Part shown: piece by piece, positions 9,401 to 18,788 of the stretch | Layout: each line of letters opens with the position of its first letter | How positions within the stretch are numbered: position 1 is the first letter of the stretch | NCBI RefSeq assembly: GCF_000281045.1 | Contig: NW_008246090.1 | Coordinates: 625,051 to 645,050 of the forward strand | Source: Saprolegnia diclina VS20 | Lineage: Eukaryota | DNA length: 20,000 nucleotides | Direction: 5' to 3' | Notes under the pieces: generated by a model | The model's database searches: none | Told to the model about the DNA's origin: nothing | Seen by the model: the letters and a program-made list of their open reading frames with translations, nothing else | Made by a program: the position numbers and the translations under genes

Positions 9401-11691
9401 CCAAACCGGTTTTGCAAGCGGGTGACGAGGCCTTTCTGGCCGACGAACAGGACGACGATGCGAGTTGGTGGACCACGGTGGAGGAGCTGCATGTGGACCA
9501 CGAGTCTCTCTCGATGCTCAGCCACTTGGAGAAGCTCACGTCGCTTCGAATTGCGTCCTTCTCGGACAACGACCTGAGCTTCATCGATGGGCTCAGTCAG
9601 TGCACGAGTCTGGAAGAGCTTGCGCTCGTACAGTCATTTGTCTGTGGTGAGCCGGATACATTGCTCCATATGTAGGACAACAACCAGATCATGACGATTG
9701 AAAATTTGGATGCGCTCGTGCAGCTCAAGGTGCTCGACCTCGGCAAGAACAAGCTCATGGGCATGAAGAACCTCGACACGCTCGTCAACCTCAAGCAGGT
9801 ATAGTTCGTTGCCTGGGCGGGATCGAATTTATTTTATATTTATGCTAGTTGTCGCTGGAAGACAACAACATTACGTCCTTGCAAGGCCTGTCGCACCTCG
9901 TCAAGCTCATGGAGCTCTACATTGGCAACAACAACATTGCCAACATCAAGGAGATCCACGTACGACCACGCAACGAAACATGTCGCTGGGCATTCGACAA
10001 ATTGTGTATGGCATAGCACCTCAAATCCTTGCCCAAGCTCATCATTGTCGACTTTTCCGGCAACGGCTTTTGCGCCGACGCCGAGTACACGCTGTATACA
10101 GTCTACAACCTCCGACGCATCAAGGTGCTTGACGGCGTGAGCATCTCGAGCGACCTCCAGTTTGAAGCCAAGCAAAAGTACAGCGGCAAGCTCACGACCG
10201 ACTTTCTCATTGAAAAGATTGGCCACGCGTTCAACCGAATCCACGAAATGGAGTTGTCGTCGTGCCGGATCCGGGAAATTGGGTCGCTCCACGGGTAACT
10301 TTGTTTTCGAATTTGATGAATCGACGGACAAGTAACATGGGCGTAGGGACGTCTTTGTCAACCTCAAAGACCTCAACCTTGAAAACAACCTGATCACAGA
10401 TATCTCGGGCATCGAAAAACTCCCGAAACTTCGCGGCCTCAACTTGTCGAGCAATCGAATCGAGCGGCTTTCCCATGCGGGTCCCCACACGGGCGTCTTG
10501 GCGTGTCCCAAGCTCGAGAACCTCCAGCTCGCGCACAACCTCATTACCGACATGACGCAACTCGGCTTGCACCACCTCCAGGAACTCAAGGTGCGCGCAC
10601 CTCCGCCGTTTCAAAGTGTGCAACAAGGTGCTGAGTAGATTCTCAACCTCGAAGGCAACGACATTACCCAAATCGCCGGCCTCACGCACGCCCACGAGCT
10701 GCGCGAGCTCATTCTGAGCAAGAACAAGATCCGGCAGTTCGAAGCGGCGACAGCCAACGTGCTCACGAGCCTCGTCGTCTTGAAGATGGACGACAACAGC
10801 CTGCGATCGCTAGTATATTTTTACCCACTCAGCCGGCTGCAGGTAGTAGTTTCGCCACTTTAGGATACTTAACCCTCGATATTTAGGTGCTCGACTTGTC
10901 CAACAACCGACTACCCGACCTCGAAGAAGTCGAGCGTCTCCAGCCACTCATTCCGATCGTGCAAGAGCTATGGGTCCTCAATAACCCCCTCGCCAAGCGC
11001 CACCTCTGTCGGTCGACGATCATCTACCGCTACTCGAGCCTCAAGTGCCTCGACGGCAAAGACATCACGCTCGAAGAGCGAGAGCGCGTCGAAGTGCTCT
11101 TCATGCACGACCGGACCATGGTAGCGCCGTCGCTCCCCCCCGCCGTCTCGGCCGCCCGTACGTCTGTCGACTGCGATTTTCAATCGACTTATGTGGATTA
11201 GTGGTCAATGCGCCGCACTTTGCAGCCTCAAGCAAGACGTCCGTGAAGCTCACAGCCATGAGCTTCGAGTCGCTCATGGGCGGCCAGCGACGGCAGAGCA
11301 GCAGCAACAACGCGGTATTAGGAACGGTGTTGCCCCAAGTGCCCACGGACCGCAAGGCGCACGACATGCCGTTGGCGTCGCCATCGACAGCGACACCGCC
11401 GATGGACGCTCGACGCCGATCCGAGGCGACCACTCTGGGTACCAATGCACCACATCGAGCCTAAGGATTACAATGCGCATGGGTAGGTCAACTGACCGGC
11501 TTCAACGGCTCGGGCAACCACAAACTCGGGTCGCGACCAGGTACGGCGATTCTACCACCCGGTTATCAAGTGGGACCTGCGTAGAGGTGAGTATGACGCC
11601 ACCGCCCAAAGCACAGCCGCATGTCGCGCAACCCACCGGCCATGTATATACTTCCCGCAACTTTGGCCGAAGTGGCGGCTCATTAAAGTAA
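6484..11691 (+). CDS. LRRC9: Leucine-rich repeat protein 9 ortholog (~1590 aa): SDS22-like LRRs, coiled coil, ART/PARP-like domain, further LRR blocks. Exons 6484-9627, 9676-9798, 9849-9959, 10017-10294, 10347-10590, 10639-10842, 10887-11157, 11202-11438, 11487-11540, 11585-11691
   Basis: Many LxxLxLxxNxI repeats. LRRC9-type motifs: NPVCRLCNYQTY, KKRMYYNMRIKT, LLLELNTGGNIRLEDG, WYASCVDLLRSR, LPEYIVEYEY, GKLTTDFLIEKIGH. Nine 44-57 nt GT-AG introns give one continuous frame. The last two introns are less certain (unspliced stop at 11462-11464). Confidence 0.88.
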
Positions 11692-11699
11692 CCAAGATC

Positions 11700-11988
11700 T
11701 TATCTGGGGATTCCAAGTGCAATTAATTTGGATGGGTCCTCTGTAAATGGCAAGTTCAGAGCTAGTAATGGCGTGCGAGCTGCCCCCAAAAGCGAATAGC
11801 GTATCCTGCCGGTCTTTCTTAGCATCGACTAGGTCGAGGGGCGAGACGCGGTGTCCCTCGTCGTCTACGATGTGACAGCCGCATTGTGCAATGAGCGTGA
11901 CCCCAATATAACGCTAGGCTTGACCCCTCACCGTGGGTTTGTGCCAAGATGGCGTCGGTGGTCCCGTTTCCATCGAGCCCGAGCGTCG
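11700..11988 (-). CDS. 3' end of an unknown gene whose body lies in the N gap
   Basis: ...TLGLDGNGTTDAILAQTH, intron 11931-11865 (GTGAGG...CGTAG), then DDEGHRVSPLDLVDAKKDRQDTLFAFG. It then either splices a 43-nt GC-AG intron (11783-11741) to EDPSKLIALGIPR* or reads through to a stop at 11685-11683. Confidence 0.55.
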
Positions 11989-12744
11989 NNNNNNNNNNNN
12001 NNNNNNNNNNNNNNNNNNNNNNNNNNNNNNNNNNNNNNNNNNNNNNNNNNNNNNNNNNNNNNNNNNNNNNNNNNNNNNNNNNNNNNNNNNNNNNNNNNNN
12101 NNNNNNNNNNNNNNNNNNNNNNNNNNNNNNNNNNNNNNNNNNNNNNNNNNNNNNNNNNNNNNNNNNNNNNNNNNNNNNNNNNNNNNNNNNNNNNNNNNNN
12201 NNNNNNNNNNNNNNNNNNNNNNNNNNNNNNNNNNNNNNNNNNNNNNNNNNNNNNNNNNNNNNNNNNNNNNNNNNNNNNNNNNNNNNNNNNNNNNNNNNNN
12301 NNNNNNNNNNNNNNNNNNNNNNNNNNNNNNNNNNNNNNNNNNNNNNNNNNNNNNNNNNNNNNNNNNNNNNNNNNNNNNNNNNNNNNNNNNNNNNNNNNNN
12401 NNNNNNNNNNNNNNNNNNNNNNNNNNNNNNNNNNNNNNNNNNNNNNNNNNNNNNNNNNNNNNNNNNNNNNNNNNNNNNNNNNNNNNNNNNNNNNNNNNNN
12501 NNNNNNNNNNNNNNNNNNNNNNNNNNNNNNNNNNNNNNNNNNNNNNNNNNNNNNNNNNNNNNNNNNNNNNNNNNNNNNNNNNNNNNNNNNNNNNNNNNNN
12601 NNNNNNNNNNNNNNNNNNNNNNNNNNNNNNNNNNNNNNNNNNNNNNNNNNNNNNNNNNNNNNNNNNNNNNNNNNNNNNNNNNNNNNNNNNNNNNNNNNNN
12701 NNNNNNNNNNNNNNNNNNNNNNNNNNNNNNNNNNNNNNNNNNNN
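11989..12744. other. Gap (N run, 756 nt)
   Basis: Run of N. Confidence 0.99.
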
Positions 12745-12757
12745 ATTTGAAAATGGC
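12745..12757 (-). promoter_or_regulatory. Oomycete Inr/FPR-like core promoter motif pointing into the gap
   Basis: The minus strand reads GCCATTTTCAAAT, resembling the oomycete YCATTYYNCAWTT initiator + FPR consensus. It lies ~90 nt past the WD40 gene stop and upstream of the hidden gene. Confidence 0.4.
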
Positions 12758-12847
12758 GTCGCATTGCCCTTCACAACAAGGCGCAGTGATCGATAAATTT
12801 GGTGAAAAACGGAATTCCCATTGCAAGGACTTGACGACGACGACGAG

Positions 12848-15800
12848 CTAGTGGCACCCGTCGGGGTCGCGTGCCACCTCGCGATGCCGCTTGTGGACGA
12901 TGCGCTCGAGTGTCTCTGGCACGATCGTGATCGCGTGCAACGTCTAATGCATCGTGAGACGGCGACTAAAGCTGGTATTCCTCTAGACCAGTTGGTTACT
13001 CGCCGCCAGAGAGGCTTCCCGAGGCGAGAGCACACGCTGGCACTTGACCACGCTCGGCCGCGACAGCATCGTCGACGGCTGCGGACGGCGTGGCGTCTCC
13101 TACGACGCACGTCCTGCCAGCTGTAGCCTTTTGCAGTTTGTACGCTGGGTGGGGGGTGGGGTAGCCGTCGAGCTTTGGTGCGTTGCAACAGTGCGGGCGG
13201 CTTGTCTTCGCTTGTCGCCTCGCTACCATACCCATTCAAAGACCATACCCATTCAAAGAACAGCTATCAATCGGCACCTCGTCACACTCAGATTTTGCGG
13301 CGCGTCCAATGCGACAGGAAGCGTATCATGGCCAAAGGTACTGAGCACGAGACCGCCTTGCCACGATGAGAGCAGTACGCGGCCGTCTTTTGCCGCCGAG
13401 ACCACCTCCCAACTCTCTCATTTTCATGTGCAATCCACGAAATAGGTACCATGGTCTTTGCAAATGCAACAAATACAACGGAGGCATGGTGCGCCACCCA
13501 ATGTTGCTCGCGCGCGTGCAAGAAGCGCGGAATACCCAATGGTGGGGAGCCCGCGGTGGTGAAATGCTTGGGTACATCGTATATCGAGTGGACCTAGTCG
13601 TCATGTTGGGCAGCGTGAGACAACCTCTTATAACAGTCCATATCGATGACCTGCAGCACGCCGTGGGCGTACCCCGCTAGCAGTAGCGAGCCCGAGACGT
13701 CGATTGCGAGGCTCGCTATCGCCTCCGCATGGCCCTCCAAAGACGCAAAAATCGAGTGTCGAATCGTTGCCAACTAGTACAGCTAGATATACCAACTAGA
13801 AACTATCGCAAAAGGTACTTACTTTTGTCGACCAAAAGTCAATACGCCCATCGTTGCCACCCGTGACAAACCCGTTGATGAGGGGATGCGATACCACCGA
13901 CACCTAGGGTAGCATGAAGATCCGTGGTGCTACTGTGGCTATCGCAATACGGCATGTTCACACAACACTGGCGACGACGGCACGGCGTCCGGGCACTGAT
14001 CCACTCGGGCGTATGAGAGGTGTAGTCGGTCTTGGGTGCGTCCTATGAAAACGTCTTTAGTGTTTATGCGGGCATGGACGGCGGTACGCGTGTGCAGCGA
14101 CCAAATGCAAATGGTGCCGTCCAGACTCGCCGAGACGACGAGCCCAACCTTGGCTGGGAGCCAGCACATGGCTGTGATAACCTCAGCGTGTCCTCGCTGC
14201 TGGTTGTCGTCGGCATCTGGCCACGTCATGCTCGGTGCAATGTTCAGCGCCTTGGTATCTTCAAAGAAGCGCACTTGACTGTCGTCGCCGGCGACCAAGA
14301 CAAAGCTACACGATCGCAGAGCTCATAGCCATAGGTCACGACGCGCGCTACCAGCTCGTGTTGAGCGACGTCGTGTGTAGGATCGGCTGCGCAAAGAGCA
14401 GAGCGACGACGCTGCAGGCGTCAGCGTGGTGCCATTGCTACATTGTTCGCATCAACCTCTCACTCGCACCTTCAGCACATGATCCAACCGAGAGAAGTTG
14501 TCCGTTGCTGCCGTTCCAGATGCGCACCGAGCCGTCGGCGGCCCCTGTAATGAGCCGCTTGCCTCGTCTATCATACGACATGGCGGTGATCTATACTGGA
14601 CAAATAAGGTCCAATATGACATCTTCGATTTGGCCATTGCACCCGCTCATTGTCGTGGGCGCGCGGCATCCGGAGAACGAGCTTGCCCGTGGCGGCATCC
14701 CACGTATTCACAACCGAGTTGACGTCGGCCGACGCCACCTGTCCACACATCCACGCTGTCATTTTGTCAAGCTAGTCGTCCTACTTGATGCAATAGCGCC
14801 GAATACGCGGCACACGTAATGGCGACGTCATGGCTGCGGCGGTGACGCACCGTGTGCTTGAGCACCTGCGATTGAATGAGACTTGGCTAGCATGGCCATA
14901 TAACTGCACCATATCGGTGGGCCACACGCGGAGCTGCGTTGTCGTCGATACGAGGTGCTGCAAGTCGCAGTCCCAAAGTATGCATTCGACGAGGTCGTGC
15001 GGAAAGTACAGGTTGGCATCCACGATCGTCTGCGTGCACTCGTAGCTGTAACAGTCCCAGACCTTGATCGTCTTGTCCTTGGCGAGTGAAAAGAGCTTGC
15101 CTGCGGCGGCGTTCACAGTCATCTACACCGCTCAACCATGGACACTGCATTTGAAGTTGAAGGCCCGTACTTCGTAGACGGGGGCCGCATGGCCCGCCAG
15201 CGTAGCGAGCACGTTCGTGGAGACCGGTTCCCAGAGGCAAATGTCGTTGCCCGCACCAGAGCTGGCGACGAACGTCAATGTCGGCACCGACAAAAGAGCA
15301 TAGACCCCACCCCTACACTGCATGGTAGCTACATTATGTGATTTCCATAGCTTCAATACCTATGCTGCGTGAATGACTGCAGCAGCGTATGGTCGGGCAC
15401 GCGAATGCAGTGAATGGCGCCATCCACGGACGCCGTCAGGAGTGCATGCAACGTCGGCTCGAACACCACCTAGACCGCTAACCAATCACAGCAAATCAGA
15501 AAGACTCGTGTACCTTGGTCACCCAGTCCGTATGCACGGCCAGATGCTCGGTCAACGAGGCTGTATAGCACGGCAAGATAGGCGTGATGTGGAGGCGTCC
15601 GGCCATGTCACCAAACACGAGCCGGCAGGCGTGGGCATGTTCATACATCGTGAGGCACATGGCTGTGTCACCAAGATGCGGTAGCGACAACACAATCGCT
15701 CCCGTTGTAAGCGCAACCACTTGGATCGATCGATCGACGCGGCTCATAGCCGCGTAGGCGCCGCCGTTGAACGAGAAGACACACATGTCGGTCACGTAGC

Positions 15801-16347
15801 TTCCCCGAAGGTCCTCGTACATGTAGAGGCAAGTAAGGGTGGATGCCTTCCATAAACAAACCACGCCGGCGTGCGTGCAACTGACATAGACGCTGTCGGT
15901 ACGTAAGTAGTTCGAGTGCGCAAGTCGGCGCGTCAAGCGGGTTAGCGCGAGACGAAAGATCGGGCTATCGTGCGCCGTCGACGAGACGACTTCAAGCGAC
16001 GGCCGGAGCTCGGCGCGGTTGGCATCGCGCTCCAAGTTGATGCTGCGTTGGTCCAGAATAAGAAAGAAGTGACACCACTCTTTCCATTCCACGTGCCCGT
16101 CCGAGTTGGCGTCGATGCGTTCAAAGAGCCGCCGGAGCTGGTCGTCCGGCAGCCGACCCGGCCCAAGCACCGACGTGAGCGCAAAAGCAAACGCTGTGAG
16201 GTCCAACGTTCCATTAGGGGCGCTGGCGAACGCTGCCTCGAGCGTGGTCAAGTGCTGTGAGCTCAATAAGGCACTCACATCAAAGTCCGACAGCGACATC
16301 CAGCGAGGTCGAGTGACCGAGTCGCTGAAACCGACGTTTCGGTGCAT
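12848..16347 (-). CDS. EF-hand + WD40 repeat protein, WDR49/WDR64/EFCAB8-like (probably flagellar), ~15-16 short introns; start at 16347 or 16299
   Basis: N-terminal EF hand LFERIDANSDGHVEWKEW. WD repeats recovered by splicing: HTDWVTK|VVFEPTLHALLTASVDGAI; GHAAPVYE|MTVNAAAGKLFSLAKDKTIKVWD; AHDNER|ITAMSYDRRGKRLITGAADGSVRIWN; GHAEVITAMCWLPAKVGLVVSASLDGTICIWS; FVTGGNDGRIDFWS; EGHAEAIASLAIDVSGSLLLAG; VVSAAKDGRVLLSSW. The low-complexity tail and stop at 12850-12848 are less certain. Confidence 0.85.
13225..13258. repeat. Perfect 17-nt tandem duplication inside a predicted intron
   Basis: ACCATACCCATTCAAAG at 13225-13241 and 13242-13258. Confidence 0.95.
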
Positions 16348-16611
16348 TCGAATCCTGTGTTCGGTGGGCGTTGGCTCACAATTGAGCTGGTCGCCACGAC
16401 GCAGTGTTTAAACGCCTTTGTATGCATTTTGCTGAAGCGTGTTGTGCGTACATGTATTGACTACTAGAGACGATTTGAGACGCTCAAAAGTAGCCGCCAG
16501 GTGAACTGTCGAGCGTTTGTCGAATATTCCCTTGTCGTAGTGCGAGGAAGTTTGCCCAAATGTACACGTGTTCACCGGTCGCTTCCCGTACAACTTACAA
16601 CAACAAATGCA

Positions 16612-17351
16612 ATGCTCGGTCAGCTAGTCATGAGTTGGAACAACGTCTGACGAGTTGACAGGGGCACTCGAGACGTTCCCGAAACGAACGCGAGGCAGAA
16701 TTAGAAAGGCTGGGATGGACCAACGTGTGCTCTTTGAAGTATGGAAGATCCTTCAGGTCTTCCACGAGCCTGAGCGCCTCGCACGCGAGAACGGTGTCCT
16801 CGCAGAGCCAGTCGTCCACGTGGCCAAGCCCGTGTACGTCGCCCCCCCGCCCCCCGTGGTGCAAACACCTTCCAAGCTACCGCGCAACCTCAGTGTGCGC
16901 ACATCATCCGACGTTGCTGACAAGTCCAACGAGCTGGAGACGCTCGAACGTCTCTTGGCCTTCAAGGAGAAGAGCGAGAAGATGCCTTTTGTGCTGGTAG
17001 CTCAAATCAACTGGCGACTGTATTCAAATCAACCATGTAGGTATGGAGCGTCATTTACCAGCACTTGCTCCTGGGACGCAGCCAGACACCAACCAATGCG
17101 TTCTACTCGCTCAAGAAGATCAACTCGCAAGAAAAGCTCGAAGATGAACTCGTAATCCGAGCCTTTCAACAGGCAAAAACCCACCGCGCTGTGCGTAGAA
17201 CAAGAGCAACCTCCTCGACGGTGACGATATGGTCCACATTGAAGGATTCATCGAGAAGCTACGTCTACGCGCGGCGCAACCTCAAAAGCCATCGCATCGC
17301 CAAAGCACTCATCACAGAATGAGCACTCGAAAATCATCGATCACGTCCTAA
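16612..17351 (+). CDS. Hypothetical protein (~200 aa); exons 16612-16618, 16662-16996, 17041-17151, 17199-17351 (alternative start ATG at 16715)
   Basis: Three 43-47 nt GT-AG introns join MDQRVLFEVWKILQVFHEPERLAREN...LETLERLLAFKEKSEKMPFVL|VWSVIYQHLLLGRSQTPTNAFYSLKKINSQEKLEDEL|NKSNLLDGDDMVHIEGFIEKLRLR...* in frame. No family recognised. Confidence 0.65.
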
Positions 17352-17738
17352 GTGCACGCCGCTGGAGAGCGTAGTGCGGACTCGACAACGAGGAAATCCG
17401 AGTACTGTGAGCTTGTGATGCCCAAACGAATCGTTCACTAGCATCTATTGACAAGGCACAAGACTTCAAGTTTGTGCCAAAACAAGAACTGAAAATGCAT
17501 TTTGGCGCTACATACCTGAGACACGGCTGTTCATACCCCAGACATGAGCTGCTGGCCGCTGACAACGCAAATCGCTGTTTCGGAACATTTCTCCGAGTTG
17601 ACGGCCGCCATCTTCCTCTTCCACGTCCACGGTCGCCGCAGCAAAAGCTCGAAGCGAGCTTGATGCCGATAGTATCTGGATGTCGCAAACCGTTTCGCGG
17701 TTATACGGATGACTTTGCATTTCCGGATATTACTTGCG

Positions 17739-18627
17739 ATGATGGCGGAGCCCGCGCTCGTGCTCGACCACGTCTACCTCGGGAGTCGTAGCCATGCCAA
17801 GGACAGGGACACGCTGCTCAAGCTTGGCATCACACACATCCTCAACGTGCGTCACCGTTCTTCCTCTCCGTATGAGCTCTACGACGCCTGATATAGGTCA
17901 CGCCAGCACGCTCGGTGGACCCCGTCGCAGGCGTACCAAACTTTTTTGAGAACGATACGCGCTTCACGTACGGCAGGAGAAGATGCCCGCAATCTCACTG
18001 CGTGCCTTCATAGCTACCGCCGCTGTGCTCTGTACGACAACAAGGGCGAGGACATTCTGACGTCGATCGAAGGCTGCTTGGCCTTTCTCGACCAAGCCCA
18101 ATTTTACGGTAACTCTTCTGCATGCTTGACAGAGAGACGAAGTGCGAGATAGGCAAGGTGCTCGTACACTGCAAGCAGGGCGTGAGTCGGTCCGCGTCCA
18201 TCGTGGTCGCCTACGTGATGCGAACCAAGGAGCTGTCGCGCGACGACGCCCTCACATTTGTGCAAGCCCGTCGCCCCGAGGTACGTCGTTCTATCCACGG
18301 CCAAAACGAAACACTTGTGTGCAGGCCCAGCCGAATGGTAGCTTTCTCAAGCAGCTTCTCCAGTACGAAGTGCGTCTCAAGCAGCGAGCTGCGATAAAGG
18401 CAACCTCCACCACCACCAAGGAGCGTCCAGTATCACCCCAAGCAGCGATTGGCCCAGCACTTCCTCCGCACTTGCGCAAGTCAGTGCTTAACGAAACACC
18501 GTCAATTGGACCGCAGCTGCCTCCCAAACGCAGGAGCAGCACGAGCGACGCTACCGACAGCCCCACTCGGAAGCGCACCAAGCCGGGCGAGGACGCGTCA
18601 ACAAGCCCATTGACGCGTATGACATGA
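17739..18627 (+). CDS. Atypical dual-specificity protein phosphatase (~234 aa); exons 17739-17846, 17897-17967, 18014-18108, 18153-18280, 18325-18627
   Basis: VYLGS...LGITHILNVT, acid loop LYDNKGEDI, catalytic VLVHCKQGVSRSASIVVAYVM, and RRPEAQPNGSFLKQL. Four 44-50 nt GT-AG introns. No rhodanese/CH2 domain. Confidence 0.93.
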
Positions 18628-18714
18628 CAACAAAGCATGCATACCCTTAACGAACGATACCCGTCACACTCGACAGAATAGAGTCTTGAGCGCGAAAATT
18701 TACTAGCACTAAAA

Positions 18715-18728
18715 CTCACTTCCACAAC
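18715..18728 (+). promoter_or_regulatory. Inr-like motif upstream of the second membrane-protein gene
   Basis: CTCACTTCCACAAC matches YTCAYTYY, ~70 nt before the ATG at 18789. Confidence 0.35.
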
Positions 18729-18788
18729 AACCCAGAAACCGATCGAGCCACCTTCGAAACGTTTGGTTTTGCTCGCAATAGCCGCTCC

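Noticed and set aside
9673..11464. Apparent stops and frameshifts fragmenting LRRC9 (pseudogene or recoding)
   Set aside because: All are resolved by ordinary 44-57 nt GT-AG introns.
11819..13239. Long ORFs in several frames spanning this and the other N runs
   Set aside because: Artefacts of translating N as X. Frame changes across gaps are not evidence of frameshifts because gap lengths may be estimates.
13725..13822. Suspected frameshift in the WD40 gene
   Set aside because: A GTAAGT donor and TACTAG acceptor give in-frame FWSTK|LATIRHSIFASLEGHAEAIASL.
17352..17738. ORFs in the spacer before the phosphatase (17474-17791 +, 17341-17688 -) and 16408-16593 (-)
   Set aside because: No motifs, no splice support and no coding-like composition; treated as UTR or promoter DNA.
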